DNA from: Pavona decussata
Taxonomy: Eukaryota
DNA length: 64,000 nt
Direction of reading: 5' to 3'
Assembly (NCBI GenBank): GCA_977016875.1
Contig: CDRNST010000084.1
Location: 1,674,001 to 1,738,000 of the forward strand
In this document: positions 1 through 13,532 of the stretch, in pieces
Layout: each line of letters starts with the position of its first letter
How positions within the stretch are numbered: the stretch's first letter is position 1
The notes under the pieces: generated by a model
Told to the model about the DNA's origin: nothing
The model's input: the letters and a program-made list of their open reading frames with translations, nothing else
The model's database searches: none
Position numbers and translations under genes: made by a program

Positions 1-2222
1 CGACAGTACGCAGACTTCGCCCATAAAACACGTCTAATCATATTTCTATTTCTAGAAAATTGTATTTTCAGATGTTTTTGCTACCTTATGTTTCTACAAT
101 AAAATGTGACCTGTGGTCCCGCACCGATGTTTTGCCTTTGATGTCTCCGCCGTGCGACCAATCCAGTCAATAAGACATTTATTACTTCTTGAATGGCTTT
201 ATGCGTCGTGGGTATTGTACGTGAAGAGAGCCAAGCTATGGCAGATCATCAAGATTTCGCCGAAATTCGTGGATAATTTTTTTTGGCCTTTATCTTCCGT
301 TGTGACTCGTTGAGCCACTATGTGGTTTTACAGACGAGTGTTTGGGTGGAATTCTAAAGGATGAACATTTAAATGAAATCTGTTGAGCACTTTCGTGTGA
401 TGAGATTTCTCTTGCTGTGTAAAGTAGTTTTTGGATCTGTTTCTATAGATGAAATGATAAAGTCTAAACATTCAAATGAAAGTTACCGAACAGTACTTTT
501 CTGTCATACTAATCTTGTTTTTAATATTTTACCAAAATAGTTTTGAATCTGTTTGGACTAAGCCGGTTAAGATTAACTAGGTAATTGTGAATCTTGGCTG
601 TTTAAACTGTTAATTCTACCCATGTGAACAAAGTGATATATGGGGTGATACGGAATCCTCTTTCTTCAGCATATTGTGTTAGAATACGCCTTTGAATAAT
701 TAATTCGAGATAAACATGTTATCACTGCTAGTAACTAAAATTTCAGTGCAAAAGATAAGTTTGATCGTGACTTCAGAAACTGCAGCCTTTTGGTATTTGA
801 GAAATTTCAAGTTTTGGATGCAATTCGAATGATTCCAGTGAAAAAAGTTATTAAAACTAGCAATTAAAGCATTATAACTACTTTTTTTTTTTTTAAGGAA
901 AACTAGCTTTCATTTACCCAGGCGTCCTTAGACACGAGAAAGCGAACGTTTAACTGAAGGTCAAGAGTGAGTCAATTGCCGACCATTGCGGGAATAAACT
1001 TGAATATGTTTAAAACACTTTTTGTTTGTTATTTCCTCCAACATTAAGCACTCTTAGTCAGTAAAGAGAAAGAGTGTCTGATTTAAAAATTCACTCAAGT
1101 GTAATAAAGACTTTCTCTTCCTCCTTTTTATTAAAAATTCAGAGTTTGATTTAACAGTTAGCTTGCCTCTTAAATATTCATAGAACGCTTATATCTTTAA
1201 TAAATTACTACCAAATTTGTGATTTTTTAAGCCATTTATGGCCATCTTAACACACCATCATGGTAATCTCTTTTTTTGCAAACTTGAGACTTTCTAGTTA
1301 AACCTCCGTAAAACTAAAACAATATTTTAGCCAATTCAGCTGAACTGCACTGGGCCAGAAAGAGTTTGTAGTGATGCTGTACCACTTACAACAACTTCCT
1401 TGAACCGAAAAAAGTTAGCAGTTTAACAAAGTTTCATAAACACATAAACACCAATTTCTTAGAAAATATTTCGTATGGCACTTATTTTGAATTACTGATC
1501 AGTACTGAGTTGTTTAAATGTTTCTACCAAAAGTTCAGACGTGACAGTTTTTTTTTTTCAATAAATGTTATTGAGTTACTGAAGAACTGCAAGTTACTGA
1601 AGAACGTCAGGGTTTGGGTATCTAGAGAAGGTGATGTAATATAAAATATGAAGCAACAATTGTCACGAGCTCATCAGCAGGTGAAGGGCAAGTCCACTGA
1701 GACGTAAACAAAACACTACCATCACCAGCTGTAAGGCCGGGCTGTAAGGCAAGTCCACTTGAGATGAAAACAAAATACTCCCATATTTGTGTGACTTCGC
1801 AATTTCTCTGCCAAGTCCACAACGTTTGAGTTGTACATAGTTGCAACCGAAAGCGGGAGTGGGGCCGCAATCACATTTATTGCAAAACAGGAGTACATCA
1901 ATCTCTTTTAGAAAGAAAACTTTAAAACAGAGAGGCTGGTGCGATAAGACTTTGAACGTTGACTAATTTTAAGCTTGAAAAATTGAAGGAGAAACCAGGA
2001 AATATACGATGCTTCCATCAAACTTCAATCAAGCAACATCAGACGAAATGCGGGTATAATACGCTCTTAACTATAATATAATGAGCAATACACAGCAATC
2101 AAATTCACGAATCTAGTGAGAAGGCAAATAATCGCGTTTCTAAGCCTTTAATCTGGCCGGAACAAGCTGCCCTTTGGAGGGTGCTAAGCACAGAAGCGTA
2201 ATTACAAATCAGTTCCACGTAC

Positions 2223-2631
2223 CTTGGTAGCAATTGTCCGTTAATTTTTCGTTCGTGACGCTGATGTCGCTTAAGACGTGCTCTGGTTCCTTCTCTCTCT
2301 GATTCAGGGGCTCCGGTGGTGGTAAGACCGGCTGCGGAGTGAGGGAAGGAGGTGTGTAGTAATGACAGTGAGTTTCGTAGCTTTGCCTTGGTGCTGCTAG
2401 GTCTGCTAGACGTGATTCACTTGGGTAGTGGATCGCCGATGGTGCTGACGGTGGGATGTGGTTGAACGGAGGCGGGTTAGCGCGCGTGAACGCATTGAAA
2501 CCGTAACGCGGCGCGTTATAAATGTATGGCTGGTAAGACGGATGATGAGGAGAGTTTTGCTGGGGAATATGGTACTGTGGATTGTAATGTCCATAGCCCT
2601 GGCCGCCATAACTGAAGCCTCTAGCGTACAT
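2223..2631 (-). CDS. Mox: Exon 1 of Mox-like paralog 1 (Pro/Tyr/His-rich N-terminus); homeobox exon not in window
   Basis: ATG at 2631 (MYARGFSY...) runs 136 codons + 1 nt to donor CAA G|GTACGT. It shares the phase-1 donor and N-terminal motifs (MYxRG, PY(I/V)Y..RY, HIPP, CxQ|G) of the + strand Mox gene. No homeobox is visible in 1-2222, so the family call is inferred. Confidence 0.75.
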
Positions 2632-4586
2632 GTTTCCCGAGTCGAGACACAGCATCACCAGCACCTTCTGCTGATTAAAAACTTGATTTCCTCCACGGTT
2701 ACATGTGGTTTTAGATCAAACTGCGACTGTTTATGTCGTGCCCCGCTCGCGTAATTGATATACCATACATTCAAGCATGTGCGCTTTTAAAGCCGCATAA
2801 GGTCCTTGTGTCAGTTGATACAAGTGGTCGATTTCAGAGACCTGTGCCAGTGCCCCTGTCAGTGAAATAAGTACATTTCCAAACCTTACTCGATCACCCC
2901 GTTGCGTTTTTAATCTCGTTGGAAAACCATTAGCTGTTAATCGATGACTTGGGTCGCAACTCAGGAAATTTCCCGGTGGACGAAAGCTTCCAAAAAGGAT
3001 CTGCATTTGTCGGCAATGCCGACCACACGAAAAACAAATAACCCATGCGATCCGCAGAGTCCTGATAAACGTTTTCTTTGAATTTGCCGACCTTTATCAG
3101 ATGCTAAACGAATTAGGGCTTACCCCAAGAAAATATTGCCTCATCAGATTTAGATTTTTCGACTAAAACAATATCCATCGGCCAGTATCTAGTTTTCTAG
3201 CTAATTAACATAAAAATTGGGCCTGTAAGCTTTTCAAGTGTTGGTGCCCTTATTGTGCTTTGTTTAAGTGGGTTCAATCATGTGCAACCTTTTTAGTTTA
3301 TTTTTTGTGTTGTCATAGTAAACACAAGAAAGCAATTTATTTAATCTCGTTATAGGAGTCTAAAAGTTTTCAAAGGCGTTCCAAACTTGGCCGCCAGATT
3401 TTAATTTATGCTAGAACAAAAGAATCAACGGACGAGAATATTCATGATTAGCAAACTGGAGGCAAAACCTGGAACTAGCACTAATGTTTAAATTGTCGAT
3501 TAATCTGTCAAGATCGGTATACAAGCTACCTAATTGGCAAGTAATAATTTCCTCGAATTTAAATAGACTTTCTTCATCTTTTATTTCCGCCCATGCTTCC
3601 GATGCCTTCTCGTTTGTTTGCATGAATCTTCAGGTTGAGTATATGTACAGCTCTTGGTAAAACTTTACCTGAGTCAGTGAAGACTATTTAACAGTTCAAT
3701 TCAGAAATTTCCCGTTATTTGCTTGAAATTAAAAACCCTCTTATCAGAGGACTTGATTTATACGCGCCGTTGTGGGAGTCAATTGATGTCCTTGTTGACC
3801 TGGGCTTGAAATTCCACGAGTTCGATGTCATTTGTTTTTCTGAACTTCTGTATTAAGTGATAAAACTTGATTACTGTAAGTGATGTCTTTACTTTCGCAT
3901 ATTTATTAGAAGAGGATATCCCCTGCGATCCTCGACCTAGTCTTGCAACGTTATTCTATGCAAGTCCTTGACGCCAAATGGCATTCATACCAAATAGCAT
4001 AAGGTGCAAATTCCGTTATAACAGACATCTGCAAAGGACATTACCGTACTTTATTGTTCTCTCACTTTTTAACAAGCCGTCATCTTAAGGCTTATCACAA
4101 CGTTTTATACTGTGTACAGAAATTAAATTATCATTATTTTCTTCTTATACTCCCAGTACATCAGTGGGAGTCTCGAAAAATTGGCACAAAGTTTGTAACA
4201 GCAGTGAATAATAATATAGTAAAAAAAAAACAACAACAAAACAACAACAACGAGAAATGCAAAAAAAAAAAAAAGAGCCCTACGCATTGGGCGGACCAAG
4301 TTTATTTTCCCAACCAAACCTGACGAACAAATTTCAAATATTTGTCGTTCACCAGGAAACAGGACGACGGCGCGTTTGAAGTTTGGGAAGGCTTGCTAAA
4401 ATTTGCTTGGAATTAAAAAACGACGTCTGCAGCTGTACAACGAGGAAAATGCAATTGATGAGAGGTGATTTTACGAAGTAAATAGCAATTTGACTAGTGC
4501 CAATGGATGCGGAGTGAAGGAATAAACATACAGATAGCAAGTAAAACAAAACAAAACAACAACAACAACAAAAAAGAAGAGATTTA

Positions 4587-4808
4587 GGTTGCGTTTGATT
4601 GACCGTATTCCGGAATAAGAATAAACGGAATAGGAATTAGATTTCTCTTTTTAGGTGAATTTGGGAAGACATTTGTGCAAACTTTCGCTGATTCACGATA
4701 ATTTAAGAACCATTTTGTACTCCTGTAACTCAAAACACCTATAATGAGGGATTTATTGTCATTATTGCGGGTATTTCTATTCCGGAATAGGATCAATCGA
4801 ACCCACCC
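4587..4808. mobile_element. PIF/Harbinger (Tourist-like) MITE
   Basis: ~31-bp TIRs GGTTGCGTTTGATTGACCGTATTCCGGAATA / TATTCCGGAATAGGATCAATCGAACCCACCC with TTA TSD on both sides. Confidence 0.8.
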
Positions 4809-6499
4809 TTAAAAAAAAACGAGAAGGGGTACATCATTGATGAAATTATATTTAATTCAAGATGAAATAACAATTATAAAAAACTTACTTCAAAGCGTCA
4901 TTTTTAACCTTAACAAGCTATATTTACTTCAGGGTGCCTATGTAAGAGTATATTTAGTTACTGATTTACTTTCCGAGTAGCTGAAAATTGAAGATTTGGA
5001 TACTTAGGGACCAAATTGGTTTTTCCCATAAATCTGTTTATGGTAGTTTCCTTTCAACAAAATTTTTAGGTGAACCCGAATTGAGCAAACATACGTACGG
5101 TAGCTTTAGCCGGCTGCCGTCATGATATTGGCAGTGTTTTTATTGCAAATCATAAAAACGTTTTAGCGTTGTTAATAAACCTCTACTAGACGGCTTTCCA
5201 GTGGAAAATGTGAGCTAGTTAGTCCTGTAGTGAATCTGAAAGGAAGCGACTTACTTCCTTGAAACAGAAACTTGACAACAATTTTTCTACACCTCGGTAT
5301 ACTGAATTGAGTTGGTGTGGTCAATGACCCTGGTCAGTTTTTGGAAATTTGCTTCAAATCTACGTTTGTTTAATATCTGACCCTTTACAATAAGAAATAT
5401 GACATTTGGGCGGACCATTTGATAAATTCCAGCTGAAAATTCCAATAGGTTAGGGAAGATTTAAAAACCTCACTGAAAAACAGTTGCTAAGAAGTAATGG
5501 CTAGTAGCTTTTTTGTGAACACGCTCAGTGTCAGAACATAGTTAATAAAAGGCAATGGTTATGAAGCCTGACAAACTTCTTTGTTATAATAAATTTTGAA
5601 ATGTGTTGGAGCCAATAGAAATGTTCCTGTAAAGATATTTAACTGTAGCGTGAACGTTAAAACAAAGGATTGTGCTCTGTCGCGGCCCTTGTTCAATTGA
5701 CTATGGCCAGAATGCTATCGGCTCTTCAGTCATTTTTCTATATTTTATGTTTTAACAAAATTTATTAAAGAGAAAACTTCGGTTTCTTAAATTGAAACAT
5801 GACATTCAGTTCCCCTTTGCAAAGTGTTGTAATCAAATTCCAAGATTGAACGTCTGTTGCCCACTTGGAAAACTTAATTTTCACACCCCTGGTCGATTCA
5901 AATAATGGGGTTCACAGGTGGAACAATAAAAGGTAACCATTCAAATAAATTCTGTTGGGCGGTATTATAATACAATCAGATATCAAAATTGCCTATGTGA
6001 ATAGCCTCCTTGCCGCCATCTTTGTTCAAACGAATGCTTCCCAATACCTGACTTGGCCTCATGGCTACACCTTTTCAAGTAATATATCAAACACAAGGAA
6101 GAGTGTTTCATGTTATCCAAACATCGAGAAGTGGCCGGTTGAAAACATGGGGCACAGCCAAGGTTAGCCAACTTCGAGCTGTTTGGACTCTTTCGAGTGT
6201 TTTTTTAGCTTCTCAATCAGTCTTCCCATCAATAATTCTTGTAGAAATTCAAAGCAAAAGTGCACCAAATTTCATGATAATTAAGATCAAATTTCCGAAC
6301 CTTGTTCCTTTGTTTTCTCTTCATGGATTATTAATAAGTATCAGAACTCAAGATCAAGGAGGCTATTCACAGAAGGTGGGAACAACGCAGGCCTTTTGGT
6401 CTTAATGTTTCCTTTCCGCTATTATTTATAGTTATAATGACTGTTCTACATTGTCAACGCTGTTACTACTCATTTTCACCCTGTAATCAGTACATAGTA

Positions 6500-6886
6500 C
6501 AGGGGCACCCAACGGATCGTTTCGGTAAATTATCTGTTCAGAAGGCCCTTAATCCCCTACAATTTTCAAAAAATAATTTTCTCCTCGAACTTTCGTGATA
6601 TGGGAAATTTAAGGCCTGGTGTTTTCGGATTGATAAAAATGTTGTTTCGAGTACCGCAAAAAGGTCAGCTAAGATTTTCGGAAAGGAAATAAGACCTAAG
6701 TTTTTTGGGAAATGGACAAAAATGCCCTAGTTATTTCGAAAAGACTCAAATTCCCCTAGAATGACCGAACAGATAAAAATATTAAAGCGCATCTTTATTT
6801 GAATCTACAGAGCTTTAAAGGCACTCCAGATAGCCTAAAATAGCGTTTCAAAGGATCTGAGGGAAAACTCCTATTGGGTGCCCGTG
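6500..6886. mobile_element. Non-autonomous TIR element with 6-bp TSD
   Basis: TIR CAGGGGCACCCAA / TTGGGTGCCCGTG; ATAGTA duplicated at 6494-6499 and 6887-6892. Confidence 0.75.
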
Positions 6887-9800
6887 ATAGTATTAATATT
6901 CATCGGTATTCCTACACTTCATAAGTTTATATATTATTAATTTGCATTTGATCCATTTTGCAACTGACGGTGGGTGTTACACATCGGAAACATATTTCCT
7001 GAATTCAAAAATGCCATTGTCTTCTTTGAAAATATAATGTTAATAACAATATTTATGGGTCGATGAGAAGGGTTGCATCAAGTTAAAACAAATAAACTGG
7101 AGTGGCCCTTAAGTAATCTTTATTTACAATTAGCTTAAAGAACTAATAATCACTCGAGGCGAAAACGTATTGGTACAACTTGCCATGCAACAAATGTTAC
7201 CTTGCAAGTTGGGAATGTTTGTTGTTCGTATTACCACCTCCAAGCGCAAAGAAACTTTCATGTCGCAGAAAGTAGTGCAACGGGAAACTGATTTGTTGCA
7301 CGTGGACGTTGTAATAGGCGCATCAGTTAAAACAATATCGCAACTTAAATCACGACATTTGTTGCGCGACACGTTGTGAAAAATTGTTGCCCATGTTACT
7401 TGACCTTAAATTTTCTTGTTGGGTGGAGTCATTCTTGCTGTTTTCCAAAACTACTTTACACGACCATCGGATTTCAGCAGTCTTTTTTGTTTTCGCCACT
7501 TTCGGCCAGATCCCTATGTAGCAAACTTGCGCACTTCTTAGTTTGACCCATTTAGTAAGTAAAATTGCGTCAAGTGTGAAAATTTGTATGGAGTGTTTAT
7601 GGAAAAGCTTACATTATGGGGCGTATGGAAGAAATCAGTCCGCTCTTGTCCTAAGTAGCCTCAGCCGAGCATCAAGGTCTTATAATAGAAAATAATAATA
7701 ATAAAATAATTTCTACTTAAAATATTCTAAAGCACTTTACAAATCTGAGAATAATTTAAAAGTATATCAACAACAAATATTAGACATGTTAGAAACAAAA
7801 ATATAATTAAAATATATTTAAAAGATTAAAACTATAAAACCAGTTAGGTTGAACGCTTAAGCTTATTTCAATTTAAAAACCAATGTGAAATCACTAGACT
7901 GAAAACATGTCATCTAAAGCAAAAAACTAATTGAATCTTTTCTAGTATGTATCTCATAATTTAGCATTTGAAAGCATGCAGTTCTGAGGAAATAGGTCTT
8001 GAGCCTAGATTTAAAGCATTCTACACTTCCACTCTCACGGATATAGAGAGAAACAAAAACAAAACAGTCTTAACAGACTGTTTCGTAAATGTATATCTTG
8101 GGCGGTATTTTGGTGTACAACATGTGATATATTTTATTTCTCATTGGTTTTTGTTACTGTAAAAATCAAGTTACTTTTGAAGTCATGACTGGTAAAGACA
8201 CTCAGTTCACCTTCGGAAGGGAGCTTCTGTCAGGATTTACTAAAACAGTCTAATTTCTTTGCTGGTTTCGGGAAGAGTTACTTCATATCTTTACTTTCAA
8301 TTTGCTCTTTGTTTAGCCAGTTTTCTTCGTAAGCGATTTTTTTAAACTGAAATTAAGAGGGTTAAAACTCACACCGCGATTGTTTCAACGCGATGGGGGC
8401 TTGCATCAGCACCATATCCATTACATATCCACTGATAAACTTTCATCAAGGTCTTGAGTTAAGCATTTAACACAAACCGCCGACATGGCGCTTCGGCTAA
8501 CCCCGCTCGAGTCGGAAACGGTTAGGCTGATCAAGTTTTCTTCTGGCGAGAAAACGGTTTCCAGATGTTTTGCTGAAGAATGTCTTTGGAATTTGACTTC
8601 CCGTAAGAGCCTGGTAAAAATAAGTGGGCCCCATGTGTGCATCATGAAGTTTTCAGCCGTACATATCCCGTGTAATTTCGTTCTGATCACGGTATTAAAA
8701 GCTTTGTAGTGGGTCAGTGTTGAGTTCTGTTGAGTTATTTAGTAAATTGACTAAATTTAAAGGAAAGACTAGCAGCACCGTGTGTTGTTGAAACAGCTGG
8801 AATGCAAAGAGGAAAACTGAACCGAATTCAAGTGGAGATAAACAAGATACACATTTGAAAGCGTTTTCCGAAACAAGTAAAAATAAACGAAGAGTTAATC
8901 TATCACAACTTTTTGTTTTACAATGTACTTCTGGAGCTGAAATCAACGGGTATTCGTTAGAACAGTACATACACATCGCCACAAAAAGTTTGATCAAAAA
9001 TTTATATTTTGTGGTAAGTGCAGCCCTCAGTTTCAAGTCCCCTTTCGTTACTCTTCAAACTTTTATTTTCAGTGAGCTATGTTGTTAACTGCACTGCTGC
9101 CCAGTTACCCAACTGAGACAACTGCGGACATTTTGACTAGTTATACCGAAACTGCTTTGACGCGCATTTTGCTGAGTGACGTCTTCTTACGAACTTTTCC
9201 GTAGTTTCTCCGCTTTTGGCATTCTATATTGAATTCTTCAAGTCCTTTCAAAAGACTCAAAACGTAAACTCCTTGACCTGCTGATGATACGATTATTCAG
9301 TGGTTTAATCGCCCATATTGCATCCCTTACTGACCTTGAAAAGCCTTTCCATAGATTGCCTGATTAAAAAAGGGTGCAGCTATCTCGAGATCCCAACGGC
9401 TTTCTGAATGTTTTCGACTTTTGTGTGTTCGTGGTACTGGGATGTACTTACTTGTGGATGTTGGCTCATCTTGATTGATCTTCCCCTTATCCAGCATGCA
9501 AACGCATCAACTCGAGCTCTAAATTATACCATAAATATCGCACTTTCTTTGACAATTCAGCTGGATAATATATAAAGCAGTGAAGAATGCTAGAACATTT
9601 GCAGTCTGCAAACATGCAATGAGCAATTCTATACGAAGTGATTTACCTGACTCGATCAAACTACGAACATAAAACTCAGTCTTCAGTCCGTCTTTGCTCA
9701 CTCCATGGCAAGGAAAATCAAACGTGGGGGTTCAGTGAGACTTTATTGACCACCAATACCTGATTTAAAGAAATCTGAAGTTCTACGTACAACCATTAAG

Positions 9801-10370
9801 ATGAACTGCTCAGCTGAAAGTCTATATAGATATATACTTGTAAGCTAAATATAGTTCAGTAGCAAATTGTATTGAGACACAACTTGAACACCAAGCTCAA
9901 GACGCCTATTTTAGTAATTTAAGTGGATGTTTGAAAGTACGGAAAATGTCGTTCCTTATGTTCACAATTTGAAGCACACTGTATACATTCGTATATTTTA
10001 TATGCCCCTTTGAAACAGCCGAACTTTGCGAGAATAGTATTATACGTGTATGCTATTTTCTTGTCACTGCCAGAGTCCTAATCGGCTCCAGGCGGAAGCT
10101 GAATGCCTTGAACATCAAAAAAAAATTTCTTTAGTCATGGTTTTCTGACTATCGGCTGTCAAGTGGGAATTCTTTCTTTTTTCTGTCTGTTGCTCTTGAA
10201 CACAGAGCCTTTTTGTTGGGTTAAATGGCTAATTTTGTTGGAATTCCAGCTCATTTTTCCATATCTCAATGAGTCGTGTCATTTTTCTCGCCGAATACAG
10301 TATTTCGGGAGTATGATCAGTTTGTTCAACAAGGACATGACAGTTTTCCAGTTCCTAATAACTCTTTCAA

Positions 10371-10660
10371 CTAAGTTGCTTTTTCATTCTCGGTCACATC
10401 GACAGAGTAATTACTTTTCTTCTGTAACGGCTTGCCTTTTATCCGCTTCCACTTCATTCGCCGATTTTGGAACCAAACCTTGATTTGTCTCTCGGTCAAG
10501 TCCAAGCTCACCGCAATCTCGTATCGCCGCAACCTTGTGAGGTAATTGTTGCGAATAAATTCGTTCTCAAGTTCTTGGAGCTGATGTTTTGTAAAAGCCG
10601 TCCTTTCTTTTCTTTTCTTGTTGTTTGTTTCTCCAGTTTTTTCTTCGGACGTAGGGGAAT
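10371..10660 (-). CDS. Mox: Exon 2 (homeobox 10616-10437) of Mox paralog 2; spliced protein 209 aa
   Basis: Acceptor TTTTGTTTTTCCAG|AT. Encodes [60 protein letters not shown]; RKERTAFT and [13 protein letters not shown] are diagnostic of Mox/Meox. TAG at 10373-10371. Confidence 0.96.
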
Positions 10661-13080
10661 CTGGAAAAACAAAACACAACATGGAAAATTCAGTCGGTGT
10701 ACGCCGGCTGTGCAAGGCGCGCCAGGGTGTCTACAAAACCTAGCTACTTTCTCATTTCCTCACAAGATATAAACTCAGATGTTAAAGTAATTTAAACGGA
10801 AAATCTCCGTTGTGGGTTTTTAATGGCCATTCCAGTCTAGGTGTATGTTTTGAGTGCTTATAACTCAAAACACAGACTCTGTAGGCATCTTTGAGCGCAA
10901 GATAGGCGCGTGTTCTTCACGCGGTGAAGAAGGGCGCCGCTAATGGCCTTCATGTAGGCATGCAATGAAGGACGGATTCATACACAATCCCTTGGTTTGT
11001 GGACAACAAAGAGTGACCCGACATGACCATAGGAAAGAAGAAATTCCGGCAAGCTAGGTGACGCAGTGAATTGTAAGTGACTCATACCTCAATGGCCTCG
11101 CCAGTTGACAGTGACAATGTAGTACCAACGGTTGTGAACTGAAATTACGAGACTAGTTGATCCATTCATGACCGTCCCGAGTGCACGTATCGCAGTTCGA
11201 TTAGATTTAGTAAGCGAGAATAGTGTGTTGTATACGTAGTTCTCGAGAGATAAATTATAGTGAGAGCTTGAGATAGCAGTATGACTTTGAACTGAGATGT
11301 TCTCATTAAGATGCCGCCATGACACATCGGCTAACAACTTTCGTATATCGGCGAAAACTAAGCAAACTGACATAAGGGCCTCGACAGTGATTTCAGTAAG
11401 GGCGACTGATGTGTTATGCTGCGTACTCATTTCAAAGGCAACTTCGATACGGGTGTTCTGTAGCTTTCGTTGGACAGATAATTAATTGTCCTGAGGTTAT
11501 CTACAAGGAAATTGCGCCATCCAGGAAAGGAGATAAAACAAGTCAACGCTTGGCAATAATCCGACTTAAATTTTGACAAACAGATTTTCCAGAGTTCGGC
11601 CGATCACTTAGTGGATTTACCGTTTTCATCAAATCCCCCTATATTTCGAATTTCGGTGAAATTAACGGAGAATCTTGAATTAAGGAATTGCTACGAAATT
11701 TCCAATTTTGCAATTGCCTTGGGGCAGTTTTCCCTTCTAATTATATCTACCCAGAAGAAGGTGATTTGATTGTTTGTTCAGCAACTAAATACTTAAAGTT
11801 CGTCAAAAGTAAGAAGATAAACTGATTCTCTATCAAGAGAGAAAAAAAATCCAGTTGTGTACGTCAGTTAACGTTACAAAAACAAACTACTTAAGCACTT
11901 TGGAAAGGTCTTTCTTTTTGAAGCCGAAATATGCGAGAATGTTGTGATGACTTTCAGATGGGTCTATTTACCTGCCCTTTGTTTTAGTAGTCACTGCCAT
12001 TAAACAGTTATTTAGCTTACAAGAGGAGCACATGTTTAATTAAGGTTATGGTTTTTCTGTTTCCTGAACCCACAAATAAATCATTAGCTAAGGCTTTATT
12101 CGACTGCAAGAGAAGGGATATGCGGTGTAGTCTCTCAGATTGAGGTAGTCACGAGGTACGTCCGACGTCTTCACGATCAATTTCGGTATCTTTTGAAGCT
12201 CGCTGATGTTAACCGCACCTAAAGGAGTCCGCTAAAATCGACATTTTTGTGGTGGATCAATGTCGATTGCTTAACAAATTGACTAACATCTAAAAGCGGA
12301 CACAGAAAATCCATTTTGTGGTTTTATCCTGCTTTGATGCTTGTTGCGTTGGGCGTACAAGTTTGCAGAACAAAAGAAGTGAGGTTATCCTACGCAAAGT
12401 TTGGGTTACACTGCACTCTACCTGCGATGAAAAAAACGTCTATAGTGGTATGAGAGGACGGCTCTTCATCTTTTCCCAAGACTTTGTCTTGTAAGTTCAG
12501 TGTTTGAAAGCTAGTTAAAGTGTAAATTGTAACAGGAAAACGTATTTCCAGCCGGCCTGACAGTCTTCAAGGTCGCCATTCTCAGAAGCATTCCTGAAAA
12601 GCAAATTATGACTCATAGGTTTCATGGTCGTTTGTTGTGATTTGAAGACATTCGGACGATATCCTATTTGTTTCACTACAATATATCACATGGTCTGGGT
12701 GACAAATTGACGATGACAAGCTGTAACTTTCTCAAGCAACTTTTAAGCAGTCATGATCAGTCAGGGGATATTATTAAACCATGCCGAGAGAGTTGAAACA
12801 AGTCATACGATTCTGACGATGCATGCTTAGCTTGCCTTTTCTATTCTGGACTAGTTTCCCTTAATTTGTAACGAGGTCAGATACAGATGCAAACTTGTTC
12901 TGTTAGATAGGAAAAAGGCTCATGCATTCAAACAGCTCCTCTGTTTTGAATAGCCGACATGATTGGTTCCGGAAACATGACGAATATCTTGTATGAGATG
13001 ATCTTTCAAGAGATGTTGGGCTGCTTTCTCAAATTGTCGATAGCATAACTGATTACAATTTCCCACAATGGATGGGAACC

Positions 13081-13532
13081 TTTAAATTCCTCCTTTATAA
13101 GGCTTTATTTTTTCTTATATTCCTGACAGTAATGCCTCCGTTAAAATGTTTTTCGCTGCCCTTATTCTGGAAGAAGAATACACAATTTGATCACCAGTCA
13201 AATCCGGCGGCAATCTTAAGCCACAAGAATAAAGATACATCTTGCATTTTGTGTGTTGACCATAGTCATCAGATGTTTGGTTCAGATGGGCCTTAAAAAT
13301 GATGTTTTAAATTCCTCCTTTATCAGGCTTTATTTTATGTTATATTTCTCACAGTTATGCCTCCGTTAGGATGTTTTTCGTTGCCCTTATTCTAGAAGAA
13401 GAATACACAATTTGATCACCAGTCAAATCAGGCGGCAATCTAAAGCCATAAGAATGAAGATACCTCTTGCATTTTGTGTGTCGACCATAGCCATCAGATG
13501 TTTGGTTCAGATGGGCCTTAAAAATGATGTTT
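13081..13532. repeat. Tandem duplication, two ~225-bp units, in the paralog 2 intron
   Basis: TTTAAATTCCTCCTTTAT...GGGCCTTAAAAATGATGTTT occurs at 13081 and 13306 with scattered substitutions. Confidence 0.9.

Noticed and set aside
1686-1822. Three CAAGTCCAC repeats about 61 bp apart (CRISPR-like spacing)
   Set aside because: A degenerate eukaryotic minisatellite; the spacers are related to each other and there are no cas genes.
8161-9720. Short ORFs downstream of paralog 2
   Set aside because: No homology cues; more likely 3' UTR or intergenic sequence.
10661-10715. N-terminal MHSRR...CFVFP extension of the homeobox ORF
   Set aside because: This is the intronic polypyrimidine tract and acceptor; the real N-terminus is exon 15780-16119.
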